Counted from the stretch's first letter, positions 44,664 to 54,685 are shown. The stretch is DNA of 64,000 nucleotides from Bacteroidales bacterium (GCA_004552485.1 SFOH01000008.1:590-64589); one strand, 5' to 3'. The notes: generated from the letters alone by a model not told the origin. Program-made: numbers and translations.

Positions 44664-45330
44664 AGAGCCACAATCGCGCGGCATCTCCCGCGGCGCCATG
44701 GCGGTGATCATCGCCGTGGCCGTCATTATCATCGACCAGGTCATTAAGATTTGGGTCAAGACAAACTTCTACGAGGGCGAAGACCTGCGGGTCTTCTCCT
44801 GGTTCCACCTGCGCTTCATCCAGAACAACGGCATGGCCTTCGGCATGGAGTTCGGCAGCAAGCTGTTCCTCACGCTGTTCCGAGTGGTGTTCGTCGGGCT
44901 GCTTATATATTATATGTGCAAGCTGCTGAAGCGTCCGGCCATAAAGACCGGCTACATCGTCTGCCTGGCGCTCGTCATAGCAGGCGCCGCCGGCAACATC
45001 ATCGACTGCCTCTTCTACGGCGAGATCTTCAACAATCCGATGCCGCCCGAGGTAGCTCAGTTCGTGCCCTGGGGCGACGGATATGCCGGGCTGCTCCACG
45101 GCCGCGTGGTCGACATGTTCTACTTCCCGCTCTTCTCGTTCGACTGGCCGCAGTGGATGCCGTGGGTGGGCGGCGAACGATTCACCTTCTTCGACCCGGT
45201 CTTCAACTTCGCCGACGCCGCCATCTCCGTCGGAATGGTGTGCATTCTCCTGTTCTATTACAAGACCCTCTCGCGCTCGCTCGAGTCGCAGAAACCCGCC
45301 GGTGACGCCGGCGCCATCGACAAGAAATAA
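44650..45330 (+). CDS. lspA: Lipoprotein signal peptidase II
   Basis: IIDQVIKIWV and FIQNNGMAFGM motifs. The start may instead be the internal Met at 44698. Confidence 0.88.
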   Translation: MPNTEEPQSRGISRGAMAVIIAVAVIIIDQVIKIWVKTNFYEGEDLRVFSWFHLRFIQNNGMAFGMEFGSKLFLTLFRVVFVGLLIYYMCKLLKRPAIKTGYIVCLALVIAGAAGNIIDCLFYGEIFNNPMPPEVAQFVPWGDGYAGLLHGRVVDMFYFPLFSFDWPQWMPWVGGERFTFFDPVFNFADAAISVGMVCILLFYYKTLSRSLESQKPAGDAGAIDKK

Positions 45331-45371
45331 TCCCAAAACAAGATAATTACTAACAAACAAACAGAAAGAAA

Positions 45372-46118
45372 ATGAAACTTCTTGAAGGAAAAACCGCCCT
45401 CATCACCGGCGCCGCCCGTGGTATCGGCAAAGCACTCGCACTGAAATTCGCCTCCGAAGGCGCCAACATAGCTTTCACTGACCTGGTCATCGACGAAAAC
45501 GGCAAGAAGACCGAGGAAGAGATAGCAGCCTGCGGCGTGAAATGCAAAGGCTATGCCTCCAATGCCGCCGACTTCGCCCAGACCGAGGCCGTCGTCGCCG
45601 AGGTTGTCAAAGACTTCGGCCGCATCGACATCCTGGTCAACAATGCCGGTATCACCAAAGACGGCCTCATGCTCCGCATGACCGAGGCTCAGTGGGACGC
45701 CGTCATCGCCGTGAACCTCAAGAGCGCCTTCAACTTCATCCACGCCGTCCTCCCCGTCATGATGCGCCAGCGCGGCGGCTCAATCATCAACATGGCCTCC
45801 GTCGTGGGCGTTCACGGCAATGCCGGACAAGCCAACTATGCCGCCTCAAAGGCCGGCCTCATCGCCCTCGCCAAATCAATCGCCCAGGAAGTCGGCTCAC
45901 GCGGCATCCGCGCCAATGCCATCGCCCCCGGTTTCATCGAGACAGCCATGACGGCCGCTCTGCCCGAGGCCGTGCGCCAGGAGTGGTGCAAGAAAATTCC
46001 CCTGCGCCGCGGCGGACAGGTCGAGGACATAGCCAATGTGGCCACCTTCCTCGCCTCCGACATGTCAGGCTACGTCACCGGCCAGGTCATCCAGGTCGAC
46101 GGCGGCATGAACATGTGA
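45372..46118 (+). CDS. fabG: 3-oxoacyl-[acyl-carrier-protein] reductase
   Basis: TGAARGIGKA, NNAGIT and YAASKAG. Confidence 0.92.
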   Translation: MKLLEGKTALITGAARGIGKALALKFASEGANIAFTDLVIDENGKKTEEEIAACGVKCKGYASNAADFAQTEAVVAEVVKDFGRIDILVNNAGITKDGLMLRMTEAQWDAVIAVNLKSAFNFIHAVLPVMMRQRGGSIINMASVVGVHGNAGQANYAASKAGLIALAKSIAQEVGSRGIRANAIAPGFIETAMTAALPEAVRQEWCKKIPLRRGGQVEDIANVATFLASDMSGYVTGQVIQVDGGMNM

Positions 46119-46131
46119 TGCCCCCTACTTG

Positions 46132-46159
46132 TATATAAAGCGGTGGGGAGCCACAGCCG
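46132..46159 (+). terminator. Perfect 11-bp GC-rich hairpin after fabG (no U-tract)
   Basis: GGTGGGGAGCC-acagcc-GGCTCCCCACC. Confidence 0.45.
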
Positions 46160-46204
46160 GCTCCCCACCCTCACTCTCATTCACCCCACCCCATCACCCC
46201 GAAC

Positions 46205-46795
46205 GTGCTTACTTACAACACACAGCTCAAAGACATAAAGATTCCGGAATACGGCCGCAACATCCAGAGCATGGTCGACTATGCCCTCACCATCGAGGAC
46301 CGCGACGAGCGCAACGCCGCCGCCCACGCCATCGTCCGAATCATGAACACCCTCTTCCCCGTCGCCAACAAGAACGACGAGGACGCCCAGCGCCGCTACT
46401 GGGACCACCTCGCCATCATGAGCGACTTCAAACTCGACATCGACTGGCCCTTCGAAGAGGTCATCACCGAGCAGTCGCTCACCCCCAAGCCCGAGGCCGT
46501 CCCCTACGACACCGGCATCATCGGCCTGCGCCAGTACGGCCGCAACATCGAGTCGATGGTCGCCATGATTGCCGACATGGAAGAAGGCCGCGACCGCTAC
46601 GAGCTCGTCACCATGATTGCCAATCAGATGAAGAAGAATCTGCTCGCCGCCAACCGCGACGACAATGTCGACGAGCGCATCCTCAAAGACCTCTACGAGA
46701 TGTCCGGCGGCAAAATACGCCTCAACCCCGGCGACATACGTCTCCATGAGTACAACATCGTAGAGCCCGCCACCAAGAAAAAGAAGAAAAAGTGA
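46205..46795 (+). CDS. DUF4290 domain-containing protein
   Basis: YNTQLKDIKIPEYGRNIQSMVDYALTIEDRDERN ... WDHLAIMSDFKLDIDWPFE. GTG start. Confidence 0.85.
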   Translation: MLTYNTQLKDIKIPEYGRNIQSMVDYALTIEDRDERNAAAHAIVRIMNTLFPVANKNDEDAQRRYWDHLAIMSDFKLDIDWPFEEVITEQSLTPKPEAVPYDTGIIGLRQYGRNIESMVAMIADMEEGRDRYELVTMIANQMKKNLLAANRDDNVDERILKDLYEMSGGKIRLNPGDIRLHEYNIVEPATKKKKKK

Positions 46796-47331
46796 TTGAG
46801 CGTTCCGAGCTTTTCCCCGTCGGCACAGTCGCCAAGACCCACGGCGTGCGCGGCGAGATGGTCGTCACCCTCGACCACGACATCGACCTCGAGGACCTGC
46901 GCTGCATCGTCTTCGACATCGACTCGCTATACGTGCCCTTCTTCATCACCTCGTGCCGTCCGCGCGGCGCCGCTTCCGACCTCATCACCCTCGACGGCGT
47001 CAACGACCAGCCCGCCGCCGCAACATTTTGCGGCCGACAGGTGTTTGCACTAAAAGAAGACCTCGACTTCGAAGCCGACGCACCCGCCACCAACCCCGAC
47101 GCGGATAGCGCCCTATACCTCGAAGGCCTCATCGGCTTCATCCTCCGCGACACCGACGACACCCCCGTCGGGGAAATCACCGGCTACGACGACTCAACCG
47201 ACAACGTCCTCTTCACCGTCACCACCCCCGACGGCTCCGAGCTCCTCGTCCCCGCCGCCGACGACCTCATCACCGACGTCGACATCCCCGCCCGTGCCAT
47301 CACCATGGACCTCCCCAAAGGACTATACTGA
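46792..47331 (+). CDS. rimM: Ribosome maturation factor RimM
   Basis: FPVGTVAKTHGVRGEMVV. GTG start overlapping the upstream stop codon. Confidence 0.85.
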   Translation: MIERSELFPVGTVAKTHGVRGEMVVTLDHDIDLEDLRCIVFDIDSLYVPFFITSCRPRGAASDLITLDGVNDQPAAATFCGRQVFALKEDLDFEADAPATNPDADSALYLEGLIGFILRDTDDTPVGEITGYDDSTDNVLFTVTTPDGSELLVPAADDLITDVDIPARAITMDLPKGLY

Positions 47332-47370
47332 CCAAAAAAACATACACTTACCCCCCCCCGCACCACAATC

Positions 47371-47688
47371 ATGGAATACGACGAACAGAAAGCAATACAA
47401 TACATCCGCGACCACTCCGAGGGCCACGCCAACTATGACGACGACCAGCTCCTCAACGTCATTGACATGATATTCGACTACTACGACGAGCACGGCCTCC
47501 TCGACATCGACGTCGACGCCGACGGCAACTCCGACGATGACGACGACAACGAAGAAGCCGCCCTCATCGAATACGTAAGCCGCATGCTCGCCAAAGACAA
47601 AGGCGCCATCATCAGCCCCGACGACGTCCCCTACATCGTCCGCGGCGAGTTAGGCTACGAAGAATACCTTGACCAGAACCTGATGTGA
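47371..47688 (+). CDS. Hypothetical highly acidic protein
   Basis: 105 aa with a D/E-rich centre (DIDVDADGNSDDDDDNEE). Clean ATG, and its stop overlaps the start of the next gene. Confidence 0.65.
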   Translation: MEYDEQKAIQYIRDHSEGHANYDDDQLLNVIDMIFDYYDEHGLLDIDVDADGNSDDDDDNEEAALIEYVSRMLAKDKGAIISPDDVPYIVRGELGYEEYLDQNLM

Positions 47689-47702
47689 CCACCCTCCACC
47701 GC

Positions 47703-48347
47703 ATGAAACCCTCAACCCTCCTGCGCGCTCTCGCCCTCTCACTCTGCCTCGCCGTCAGCGGCGCCGGCCTCACAGCCCATGCCGCCCCGGACAGCAACGA
47801 CGACCTCACCCTCGCCCAGAACATAGCCACACCCTCTGCACCCTCCAATGCCTCCAACGCCCTCATCCGCCACGCGCAGGGCCTCGGCAACTACTTCATT
47901 CGCAAGGGCTACAAAGTGCGCTATCCCCGCAAAGGCGAAGTCGCCGAAATCATCATACCCTCCGACCTCCTCTTCCTCCCCAACACCGCCGAGCTCCGCC
48001 CCGACGCCTCCAAGACCCTCGGCCTCTTCAAGTCGCTGGTCGAGCGCCCGCAACTCTACAAACTCCTCGTCGTCGCACACACCGACAACACCGGCTCACC
48101 CGCCTACAGCGACGCACTCACCGAAGACCGCGCCATGGCCGTCTTCGACTTCCTCGTACACCTCGCACCGGAGCTCTCCAACAACATAACCCCATACGGG
48201 CTCGGATTTGACGAACCCTTCGATACCGGCGCCACCGTCGCCGACTCAAACGCCTCCATCGCAGGCCGGCGCGCCAACCGCCGCGTCGAAATCTACATCG
48301 TCCCCACCCAACAGACAATCGACATGGCACGCAACGGCAAACTCTAA
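47703..48347 (+). CDS. OmpA family protein (peptidoglycan-binding OmpA_C domain)
   Basis: Signal peptide MKPSTLLRALALSLCLAVSGAG. VVAHTDNTGSPAYSDALTEDRA ... ANRRVEIYIVP. Confidence 0.85.
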   Translation: MKPSTLLRALALSLCLAVSGAGLTAHAAPDSNDDLTLAQNIATPSAPSNASNALIRHAQGLGNYFIRKGYKVRYPRKGEVAEIIIPSDLLFLPNTAELRPDASKTLGLFKSLVERPQLYKLLVVAHTDNTGSPAYSDALTEDRAMAVFDFLVHLAPELSNNITPYGLGFDEPFDTGATVADSNASIAGRRANRRVEIYIVPTQQTIDMARNGKL

Positions 48348-48375
48348 CGCTGTTGCGTATCTCAAAAATATTTGC

Positions 48376-48383
48376 TAATTTTG
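48376..48383 (+). promoter_or_regulatory. -7 promoter box (TAatTTTG)
   Basis: 61 nt upstream of the tig ATG at 48444. Confidence 0.6.
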
Positions 48384-48443
48384 CAGACCCGTTAACATAA
48401 CACGACAAACAACAAAAGACAAAACATACCCACCCATCGAATC

Positions 48444-49802
48444 ATGAACGTTACAGTAGAAAAAACCAGCAACGTCGAAGGCAAAATCATCGTCAACGTC
48501 GTTGAAGCCGACTATGCTGACAAAGTAAAGAAAGAACTCCGCAACATAGGCCAGAAACACCCCCTCCCCGGCTTCCGCGCCGGCCACGTCCCCATGGACC
48601 AGCTCAAAAAACGCTTCGGCCGTCAGGTCAAGAGCGACGTCCTCAACGACGAAGTTTACCGTGCCGTCATCGAATACATCCGCGAGAACAAACTCCACGT
48701 CCTCGGCGAGCCCATGCCCGTTGAGAAAAAAGAAGTCAACCTCGAAGACAAAGACTACACCTTCGAGTACTTCATCGGCCTGGCCCCCGAACTCGGCCTC
48801 ACAGTAGATACGAACGACAAACTCCCCTACTACGAAATCGAAGTCTCCAAAGAGATGATGGACGAGCAGGACAACAGCCTCCGCGAGCGCTTCGGCGCAC
48901 AGGTTCCCGGCGAAGAAGTCGACGCCAAAGCCGTTGTCAAAGGCGCACTCATGCAGCTCAACGACGACCACACCGTCAACGAAAACGACGGCGCCATCCA
49001 GGTCATCAACGGCATCCTCGCTCCCTTCACCTTCACCGACGACGAGCAGAAAGCCCTCTTCCTCGGCAAGAAAGTGAACGACAAAGTTGTCTTCAACCCC
49101 TTCAAGGCCACCAACGGCAACGCCGTAGAGCTCGCCTCAATGCTCAACATCGACCGCGAAATCGCCGCCGACATCCACTCTGACTTCGAGATGGCCATCT
49201 CCGAAATCATCGTAGTCAAGCAGGCCGAGCACAACCAGGAGTTCTATGACAACGTCTTCGGCAAAGACAAAGTCAAGACCGAAGAAGAGTACGAAAAAGC
49301 CCTCCGCGAGATGATCGCCGGCGGCCTCGTCGGCAACAGCCAGGCCTGGTTCGAGCACGACTATCAGGACTACTTCGTCAAGAAGTACGACAACATGGAG
49401 CTCCCGGTCGAGTTCCTCAAGAAATGGCTCGTAGCCTCCAACGAAGAACTCACCGCCGAAAACATCGACGAAGAGTTTGCCAAGATGCTCCCCTCCATCA
49501 AGTGGGAGATGGTCAAAGGCGCCCTCCAGCAGGCCCTTGACGTCAAAGTCGAAGAGAAAGACGTCCTCGACCACGCCAAGGCAATCGCCTACCGCCAGTT
49601 CGCCCAGTACGGCATCACCAACATGGACGAGGCCACCATCACCGACACCGCCCGCCGCATCCTCGCCGACAAGAACTACGGACCCCGCATCGCCGAGCAG
49701 GTTGCCGACATCAAACTCTCCCAGGCCATCATGAACGCCATCACCGTGGAGAAAAAGACCGTCACCCTCGACGAGTTCAAGAAAATGGTAGGCGCCGCCT
49801 AA
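48444..49802 (+). CDS. tig: Trigger factor
   Basis: 452 aa with an N-terminal ribosome-binding region (PLPGFRAGHVP). Confidence 0.9.
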   Translation: MNVTVEKTSNVEGKIIVNVVEADYADKVKKELRNIGQKHPLPGFRAGHVPMDQLKKRFGRQVKSDVLNDEVYRAVIEYIRENKLHVLGEPMPVEKKEVNLEDKDYTFEYFIGLAPELGLTVDTNDKLPYYEIEVSKEMMDEQDNSLRERFGAQVPGEEVDAKAVVKGALMQLNDDHTVNENDGAIQVINGILAPFTFTDDEQKALFLGKKVNDKVVFNPFKATNGNAVELASMLNIDREIAADIHSDFEMAISEIIVVKQAEHNQEFYDNVFGKDKVKTEEEYEKALREMIAGGLVGNSQAWFEHDYQDYFVKKYDNMELPVEFLKKWLVASNEELTAENIDEEFAKMLPSIKWEMVKGALQQALDVKVEEKDVLDHAKAIAYRQFAQYGITNMDEATITDTARRILADKNYGPRIAEQVADIKLSQAIMNAITVEKKTVTLDEFKKMVGAA

Positions 49803-49843
49803 AGCGGATCCACGCATCCACTCATCAACTCATCAACTCAATA

Positions 49844-49873
49844 CAGCGGCAAGCCCACCAAGGCTTGCCGCTG
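49844..49873 (+). terminator. Perfect 12-bp hairpin after tig
   Basis: CAGCGGCAAGCC-caccaa-GGCTTGCCGCTG followed by TCGTTAAATTT. Confidence 0.65.
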
Positions 49874-49920
49874 TCGTTAAATTTGGCCCTCTCAGCAAAC
49901 TTCACCTCATCCTTTTTCGT

Positions 49921-49928
49921 TATCTTTG
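49921..49928 (+). promoter_or_regulatory. -7 promoter box (TAtcTTTG)
   Basis: 31 nt upstream of ATG 49959. Confidence 0.6.
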
Positions 49929-49958
49929 CAGCACAGAAACATAAACACCTCCCTCATC

Positions 49959-50831
49959 ATGACTAACAAACACGAACCCGAATACCGACGCATCAGCGGC
50001 GCTGAGATGGGCGGCGAACGCGTCCTCTTCCACACTGACCACCTCGACATCCACGATTCCACCTTCAACACCGGCGAGTCCGCCCTAAAACACTGCCACG
50101 ACATACGCGCCACCGGCTGCAACTTCATCGGCCGCTATCCCATCTGGCACAATCGCAACGTCCGTGTCACCGGCTGCGACTTTGGCGACGACGCCCGCGC
50201 CGCCATGTGGTACGACGAGAACATCGCCCTGCGCAACACCGTCATCAATGCCCCCAAGACCCTCCGCGAGTGCATAAACGTCGACCTGCGGAACGTGCGC
50301 GTCACCAACGGCCCCGAGACACTGTGGATGTGCCGCGACGTCAACGCCGATGGCCTCGTGGCCGACGGCGGCGAGTACATCTTCATGCGCTCCGAGAACC
50401 TCAAAATCCGCGGCCTCAAACTCCACGGCAAATACTCCTTCCAGTACGCCCGCAACATCGAGATTCACGACTCCGAGCTCTACACCAAAGACGCCTTCTG
50501 GCACGCCGAAAACATCACCGTCTACGACTCGCTCGTCAGCGGCGAATACCTCGCCTGGCACTCCCGCAACCTCCGTCTCGTGCGCTGCCGCATCACCGGC
50601 ACCCAACCCCTCTGCTACTGCGACAACCTCATCATGGAAGACTGCACCATGGATGCCGACGCCGACCTCGCCTTCGAATACTCCACCGTCACAGCCACCA
50701 TCAACTCCGACGTCACCTCCGTCAAGAACCCCACCTCCGGACGCATCGAGGTCCGCGGCCACATCGGCGAGACCATCATCGACGAATTCTGCCCCGACCC
50801 CGCCGCCACCGTCATCCTCTCCGACCGATAA
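49959..50831 (+). CDS. DUF3737 family (beta-helix repeat) protein
   Basis: Start MTNKHEPEY. Repetitive pattern of roughly 22-aa periodicity (IRATGCNF, VRVTGCDF, LRNVRVTN, LKIRGLKL, LRLVRCRI). The family name is from memory. Confidence 0.7.
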   Translation: MTNKHEPEYRRISGAEMGGERVLFHTDHLDIHDSTFNTGESALKHCHDIRATGCNFIGRYPIWHNRNVRVTGCDFGDDARAAMWYDENIALRNTVINAPKTLRECINVDLRNVRVTNGPETLWMCRDVNADGLVADGGEYIFMRSENLKIRGLKLHGKYSFQYARNIEIHDSELYTKDAFWHAENITVYDSLVSGEYLAWHSRNLRLVRCRITGTQPLCYCDNLIMEDCTMDADADLAFEYSTVTATINSDVTSVKNPTSGRIEVRGHIGETIIDEFCPDPAATVILSDR

Positions 50832-50849
50832 TCCCCCACCCCATCCCAT

Positions 50850-50899
50850 ACGACACGCGGCCCGGTTGCGAACGTCATCGCAACCGGGCCGCGTGTCGT
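50850..50899. terminator. Perfect 22-bp hairpin between convergent genes
   Basis: ACGACACGCGGCCCGGTTGCGA-acgtca-TCGCAACCGGGCCGCGTGTCGT. No U-tract on either strand. Confidence 0.5.
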
Positions 50900-50916
50900 G
50901 TGCGGGGCGGGACCGA

Positions 50917-52170
50917 TCAGGGACGGGTCTGGCCGCGGCCGGTGAGGAGGTATTTGGTGGTGGTTATGGCACGGAGGCCCATGGGTCCGCGCGGACCGAG
51001 TTTCTGCGTCGAGATGCCTATCTCCGCGCCAAGACCGAACTGGCCGCCGTCGGTGAACGAGGTGGGCAGGTTCACGTAGACGCACGAGGCATCGACCATG
51101 CGCCGGAACCGCTCGGCTGCCGCGGCGTCTTCGGTGACGATGCTCTCGGAGTGGCCCGAGCCGTGGCGCGCGATGTGAGCGATGGCTGCGTCGAGGCCGT
51201 CGACGACATATACGCCCATCTTGTAGTCCATCCACTCGGTGTCGCGGCAGTGTTCGTCTTCGGCCTCTACGAGCAGTTCGGCGGGATAATGCGGGCGGAG
51301 TGCGGCGAGTGCCTCGGCGTCGGCATGGAGCTCGACGCTATGCTCGGCCAAGGGCGCGACGAGCACGGGGAGGTCGGCGAGGCGGTCGCGGGCGATGAGC
51401 AGTGAGTCGAGCGCATTGCAGACGCTGACGCGACGGGTCTTGGCGTTGTTGACGATGGCGCGGCCCATCGCAAGGTCGCCCTTTGAGTCAAAGTAGACGT
51501 GGACGACGCCGGCACCGGTCTCGATGACGGGGACGCGCGCATTCTGCCGCACAAAGTCGATGAGTCGCCGGCCGCCGCGGGGTATGCACACGTCGATGTA
51601 TCCGACGGCGCCGAGCATGGCGGCGGTCGCTTCGTGGGTCGAGGGCAGGAGCGTGCAGGCCTCGGCAGGCAGGCCGCTCTCACGCAGGGCGCGGTGGATT
51701 AGAGCGATGGCGGCGAGGTTGGACTGCTCGGCGTCGTGGCCGCCTTTGAGGATGGAGGCGTTGCCGCTTTTGAGGCAGAGCGAGAAGACGTCGAAGGTGA
51801 CGTTGGGGCGTGCCTCGTAGATGACGCCGATGACGCCGAAGGGCACACGCACGCGGCGCAGGTCGATGCCGTTGGGAAGAGTGCGGTGCTCGACTTCTTC
51901 GCCGACGGGACACGTCAGTGCGGCCACATGGCGCAGGTCGGCGGCTATGGCGCGCAGGCGCGGCTCGGTGAGCTGAAGCCGGTCGTAGAGCGGGTTGTCC
52001 CGTGACATGCGCTCGAGGTCGCGGGCGTTGGCGTCGATGAGGGCGGGTATGTTCTGCTCCACGAGGTCGGCGAGGGCGACGATGGCGGCGGAGCGCTGAG
52101 TGTCGGTGAGGGCGAGGAGGGTACGCGAGGCGCGGCATGCGTCCTCGAATATGCGGGTGTAATCTTCCAT
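50917..52170 (-). CDS. proA: Glutamate-5-semialdehyde dehydrogenase
   Basis: 417 aa with VIYEARPNVT and VCNALDSLL. Confidence 0.93.
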   Translation of the reverse strand: MEDYTRIFEDACRASRTLLALTDTQRSAAIVALADLVEQNIPALIDANARDLERMSRDNPLYDRLQLTEPRLRAIAADLRHVAALTCPVGEEVEHRTLPNGIDLRRVRVPFGVIGVIYEARPNVTFDVFSLCLKSGNASILKGGHDAEQSNLAAIALIHRALRESGLPAEACTLLPSTHEATAAMLGAVGYIDVCIPRGGRRLIDFVRQNARVPVIETGAGVVHVYFDSKGDLAMGRAIVNNAKTRRVSVCNALDSLLIARDRLADLPVLVAPLAEHSVELHADAEALAALRPHYPAELLVEAEDEHCRDTEWMDYKMGVYVVDGLDAAIAHIARHGSGHSESIVTEDAAAAERFRRMVDASCVYVNLPTSFTDGGQFGLGAEIGISTQKLGPRGPMGLRAITTTKYLLTGRGQTRP

Positions 52171-52174
52171 TTCT

Positions 52175-53260
52175 TTATTCTTCGATGTAGAGATAGTCGT
52201 AATGTATCACGGGGCGCTGGCCGTGCTGTCCCATGAGGGAGGCGACGGTGGCGGAGTCCATGGCGGCCCGGCCGATGGCGAGGGGCTGACCGGCAAAGTC
52301 TTCGACAGCAACGAGGTCGCCTTCGTCCCAGGTGCCGCTGACGCCGACGACGCCCACGGGGAGGAGGGAGACGGCGCGGTCGCTGCGCAGCACTTCGGCG
52401 GCATGGGCGCCGACGCGAACGGTGCCTTTGGTGAATGAGGTGGAGTGCGCAATCCAGCGCTTGATGGTTGTGAGCGAGCGCGGCGAGGGCTCGAAGAGGG
52501 TGTGGGGCACGCTGTCGGGACGATTGACCAGGTCGAGGAGCACGCCGGGACGGTCGCCGCGTGCGATGATGACGCCGACGCCTTCGGCGGAGACTTTGCG
52601 GGCGATGTTGCACTTGGTGCCCATGCCTCCGCGGCCGAAGCCGCTCTTGGCGGCGACGACGTAGTGCGAGGGGTCGTCGCCGGGAGCGATGCTCGCGATG
52701 AGGCGCGAGGATGGGTCGGAGGGCGCGCCGGTGTATATGCCGTCGATGTTGGAGAGGATGATGAGCAAGTCGGCGTCGAGCATGGTGGCGATGAGGCCGG
52801 AGAGCTCGTCGTTGTCGGTGAACATGAGCTCGGTGAGCGAGGCAGTGTCGTTTTCGTTGACGACGGGGACGACGCCGGCGGTGAGCATGGTGAGCATGCA
52901 GGCGCGCTGGTTGAGGTAGAGGTCGCGCGAGGCGAAGTTCTCCTTCTGGGTGAGCACCTGGCCGACGAGGATTCCGTAGGCGCCGAAGAGCTGATTGTAG
53001 AGGTTGATGAGGCGTATCTGGCCTATCGAGGAGAACAGCTGGCGCTGGGCGACGGCGTCGAGGCTGAGCGAGCGAGTCATAACGCCGCGGCCGCAGGCGA
53101 CGGCGCCGGAGGAGACGAGCACGACCTCGTGGCCGGTCTGCATGAGCTGCGCTACCTGGTCGACGAGGGCCGACATGTTCGTGACATTGGGCATGGAGTC
53201 GGCGCGGGTGAGCACGTTGCTGCCCACTTTGACGACGATGCGTTTGGGTTTCTGTTCCAT
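52175..53260 (-). CDS. proB: Glutamate 5-kinase (with PUA domain)
   Basis: RIVVKVGSNVLT and FTDNDELS. Confidence 0.93.
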   Translation of the reverse strand: MEQKPKRIVVKVGSNVLTRADSMPNVTNMSALVDQVAQLMQTGHEVVLVSSGAVACGRGVMTRSLSLDAVAQRQLFSSIGQIRLINLYNQLFGAYGILVGQVLTQKENFASRDLYLNQRACMLTMLTAGVVPVVNENDTASLTELMFTDNDELSGLIATMLDADLLIILSNIDGIYTGAPSDPSSRLIASIAPGDDPSHYVVAAKSGFGRGGMGTKCNIARKVSAEGVGVIIARGDRPGVLLDLVNRPDSVPHTLFEPSPRSLTTIKRWIAHSTSFTKGTVRVGAHAAEVLRSDRAVSLLPVGVVGVSGTWDEGDLVAVEDFAGQPLAIGRAAMDSATVASLMGQHGQRPVIHYDYLYIEE

Positions 53261-53272
53261 GATTGCGAGGGC

Positions 53273-54061
53273 TTATCTGCCGGCTTTGAGACCGGCGATG
53301 ACGGCGGGGGTGAAACCGGCCTGTTCCATGGCGTTGAGGCCGCGGATGGTGATGCCGCCGGCGGTGGTGACGCGGTCGATTTCGACCTCGGGGTGTGCAC
53401 CGTCGACACTGAGCAGGGCAGCGGCGCCGCGGACTGTGGCGGTGACAATCTCCTGTGCGTCGGAGGCACGGAAGCCGAGTTCGACGCCGCCTTCGACGGC
53501 CGCGCGGATGTAGCGCAGGGCGTAGGCGATGCCGCACGAGGCCAGGGCGGTGGCGGCGGGCAGCAGGCGCTCCTCGATGTCCTTGACGGCGCCTAAGCGG
53601 CAGAATACGCTGTCGGCGAGGGGCGTCGCGCCGCTGACGTTCACGATGAAGGTCATGGACTCGCGCAGGGTCATGGCCGTGTTGGGCATGACGATGGCGA
53701 GGTTGCAGGCGCCTTTCTGCCGGCCGAACATTTTCAACAGCTCCTCGCCGCTGACACCGGCCACGATGACAGCCACCTGTTGGTGGGCCGGGTCAATCAC
53801 CGCCCGCAGCTCTTCGGCCACGGCGGGGAGTATCCACGGCTTGACGGCGATGACCACGATGTCGGCGCAGGAGGCAGCTTCGGCGTTGTCGGAAGTGGTG
53901 CGCATGCCCATGTCGGCGAACTCCCGAAGTTTGCCGGGGCTCGGATTGGCCACGCAGATGTCCGAGGCGGTCATGCCGCTCTCGGCGAGGCCGCGCGCCA
54001 CAGCGCCGCCCATGGCGCCCGCACCGATGATTCCTATCTTCATTCTATCCATAATTCGCAT
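53273..54061 (-). CDS. proC: Pyrroline-5-carboxylate reductase
   Basis: KIGIIGAGAMGGA. Alternative starts at 54052 or 54043. Confidence 0.9.
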   Translation of the reverse strand: MRIMDRMKIGIIGAGAMGGAVARGLAESGMTASDICVANPSPGKLREFADMGMRTTSDNAEAASCADIVVIAVKPWILPAVAEELRAVIDPAHQQVAVIVAGVSGEELLKMFGRQKGACNLAIVMPNTAMTLRESMTFIVNVSGATPLADSVFCRLGAVKDIEERLLPAATALASCGIAYALRYIRAAVEGGVELGFRASDAQEIVTATVRGAAALLSVDGAHPEVEIDRVTTAGGITIRGLNAMEQAGFTPAVIAGLKAGR

Positions 54062-54098
54062 TTTTTTGCGAGAGAGAGATTCCCCCGCGATTATGATG

Positions 54099-54106
54099 CA
54101 AAATTA
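54099..54106 (-). promoter_or_regulatory. -7 promoter box (TAatTTTG) of proCBA
   Basis: 38 nt upstream of ATG 54061. Confidence 0.6.
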
Positions 54107-54152
54107 CAAATAAAAGTGCAGGCTGCCAAACGAAAGTTGCGGAGGCGCGGCG

Positions 54153-54527
54153 CTAATTGCCGAGGAGACGGGCGGCGCGGCGCAGATAGTCGGCGGCTTT
54201 CTCGTCGGCATTGGAGGCCTGGCGCAGCTGATAGCGGTAGCTGTCCATGGCGCGCTCGGCCTGGCGCGTGTTATAGCGGGCACGGTCGAAGTCGCCCTTG
54301 CGTGTGTAGTAGGCGGCCTCGCGCTGATAGCCCTCGGCTTTTTTGAGGTAATACTCGGCCTCGCGCCGGTAGCCGTCGGCCTTCTTCTGATAGTACTCGG
54401 CCTCGCGTGTGTAGCGCTCGGCCTGGCGCATGTCGTATTCGTCGACGGGCGGGGCGGCGACGGCCGTCGTGGCGGTCACGGACAGCATCAGCGTGAGGAG
54501 CAGGAGGATGAGTCGGGTTGGGTTCAT
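54153..54527 (-). CDS. Small secreted protein with three tandem Y-x-REA-x-YY-x-KK/A repeats
   Basis: Signal peptide MNPTRLILLLLTLMLSVTATTAVA. Repeats YTREAEYYQKKADG / YRREAEYYLKKAEG / YQREAAYYTRKGDF. Confidence 0.7.
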   Translation of the reverse strand: MNPTRLILLLLTLMLSVTATTAVAAPPVDEYDMRQAERYTREAEYYQKKADGYRREAEYYLKKAEGYQREAAYYTRKGDFDRARYNTRQAERAMDSYRYQLRQASNADEKAADYLRRAARLLGN

Positions 54528-54574
54528 CGTTCGTTGTATATATATATTGGAAGGTTTAAGTTCTGTTCACTACG

Positions 54575-54582
54575 CAAAGGTA
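54575..54582 (-). promoter_or_regulatory. -7 promoter box (TAccTTTG)
   Basis: 48 nt upstream of ATG 54527. Confidence 0.6.
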
Positions 54583-54617
54583 CGGCACGAGAGAGAGCAA
54601 AAGCAAGCGTTTCCCGG

Positions 54618-54659
54618 CTTTTTGGACGAACCCCCGGGGTTTTATGACGAAACCCCGCG
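54618..54659 (-). promoter_or_regulatory. Two tandem 21-nt direct repeats (plus strand CTTTTTGGACGAACCCCCGGG / GTTTTATGACGAAACCCCGCG); candidate activator site
   Basis: Paralogous to 1779-1818. Same 10-nt gap to the -33 element and the same orientation relative to the minus-strand promoter. Confidence 0.5.
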
Positions 54660-54685
54660 AATTTGCACACCTAACCAATTATCCG

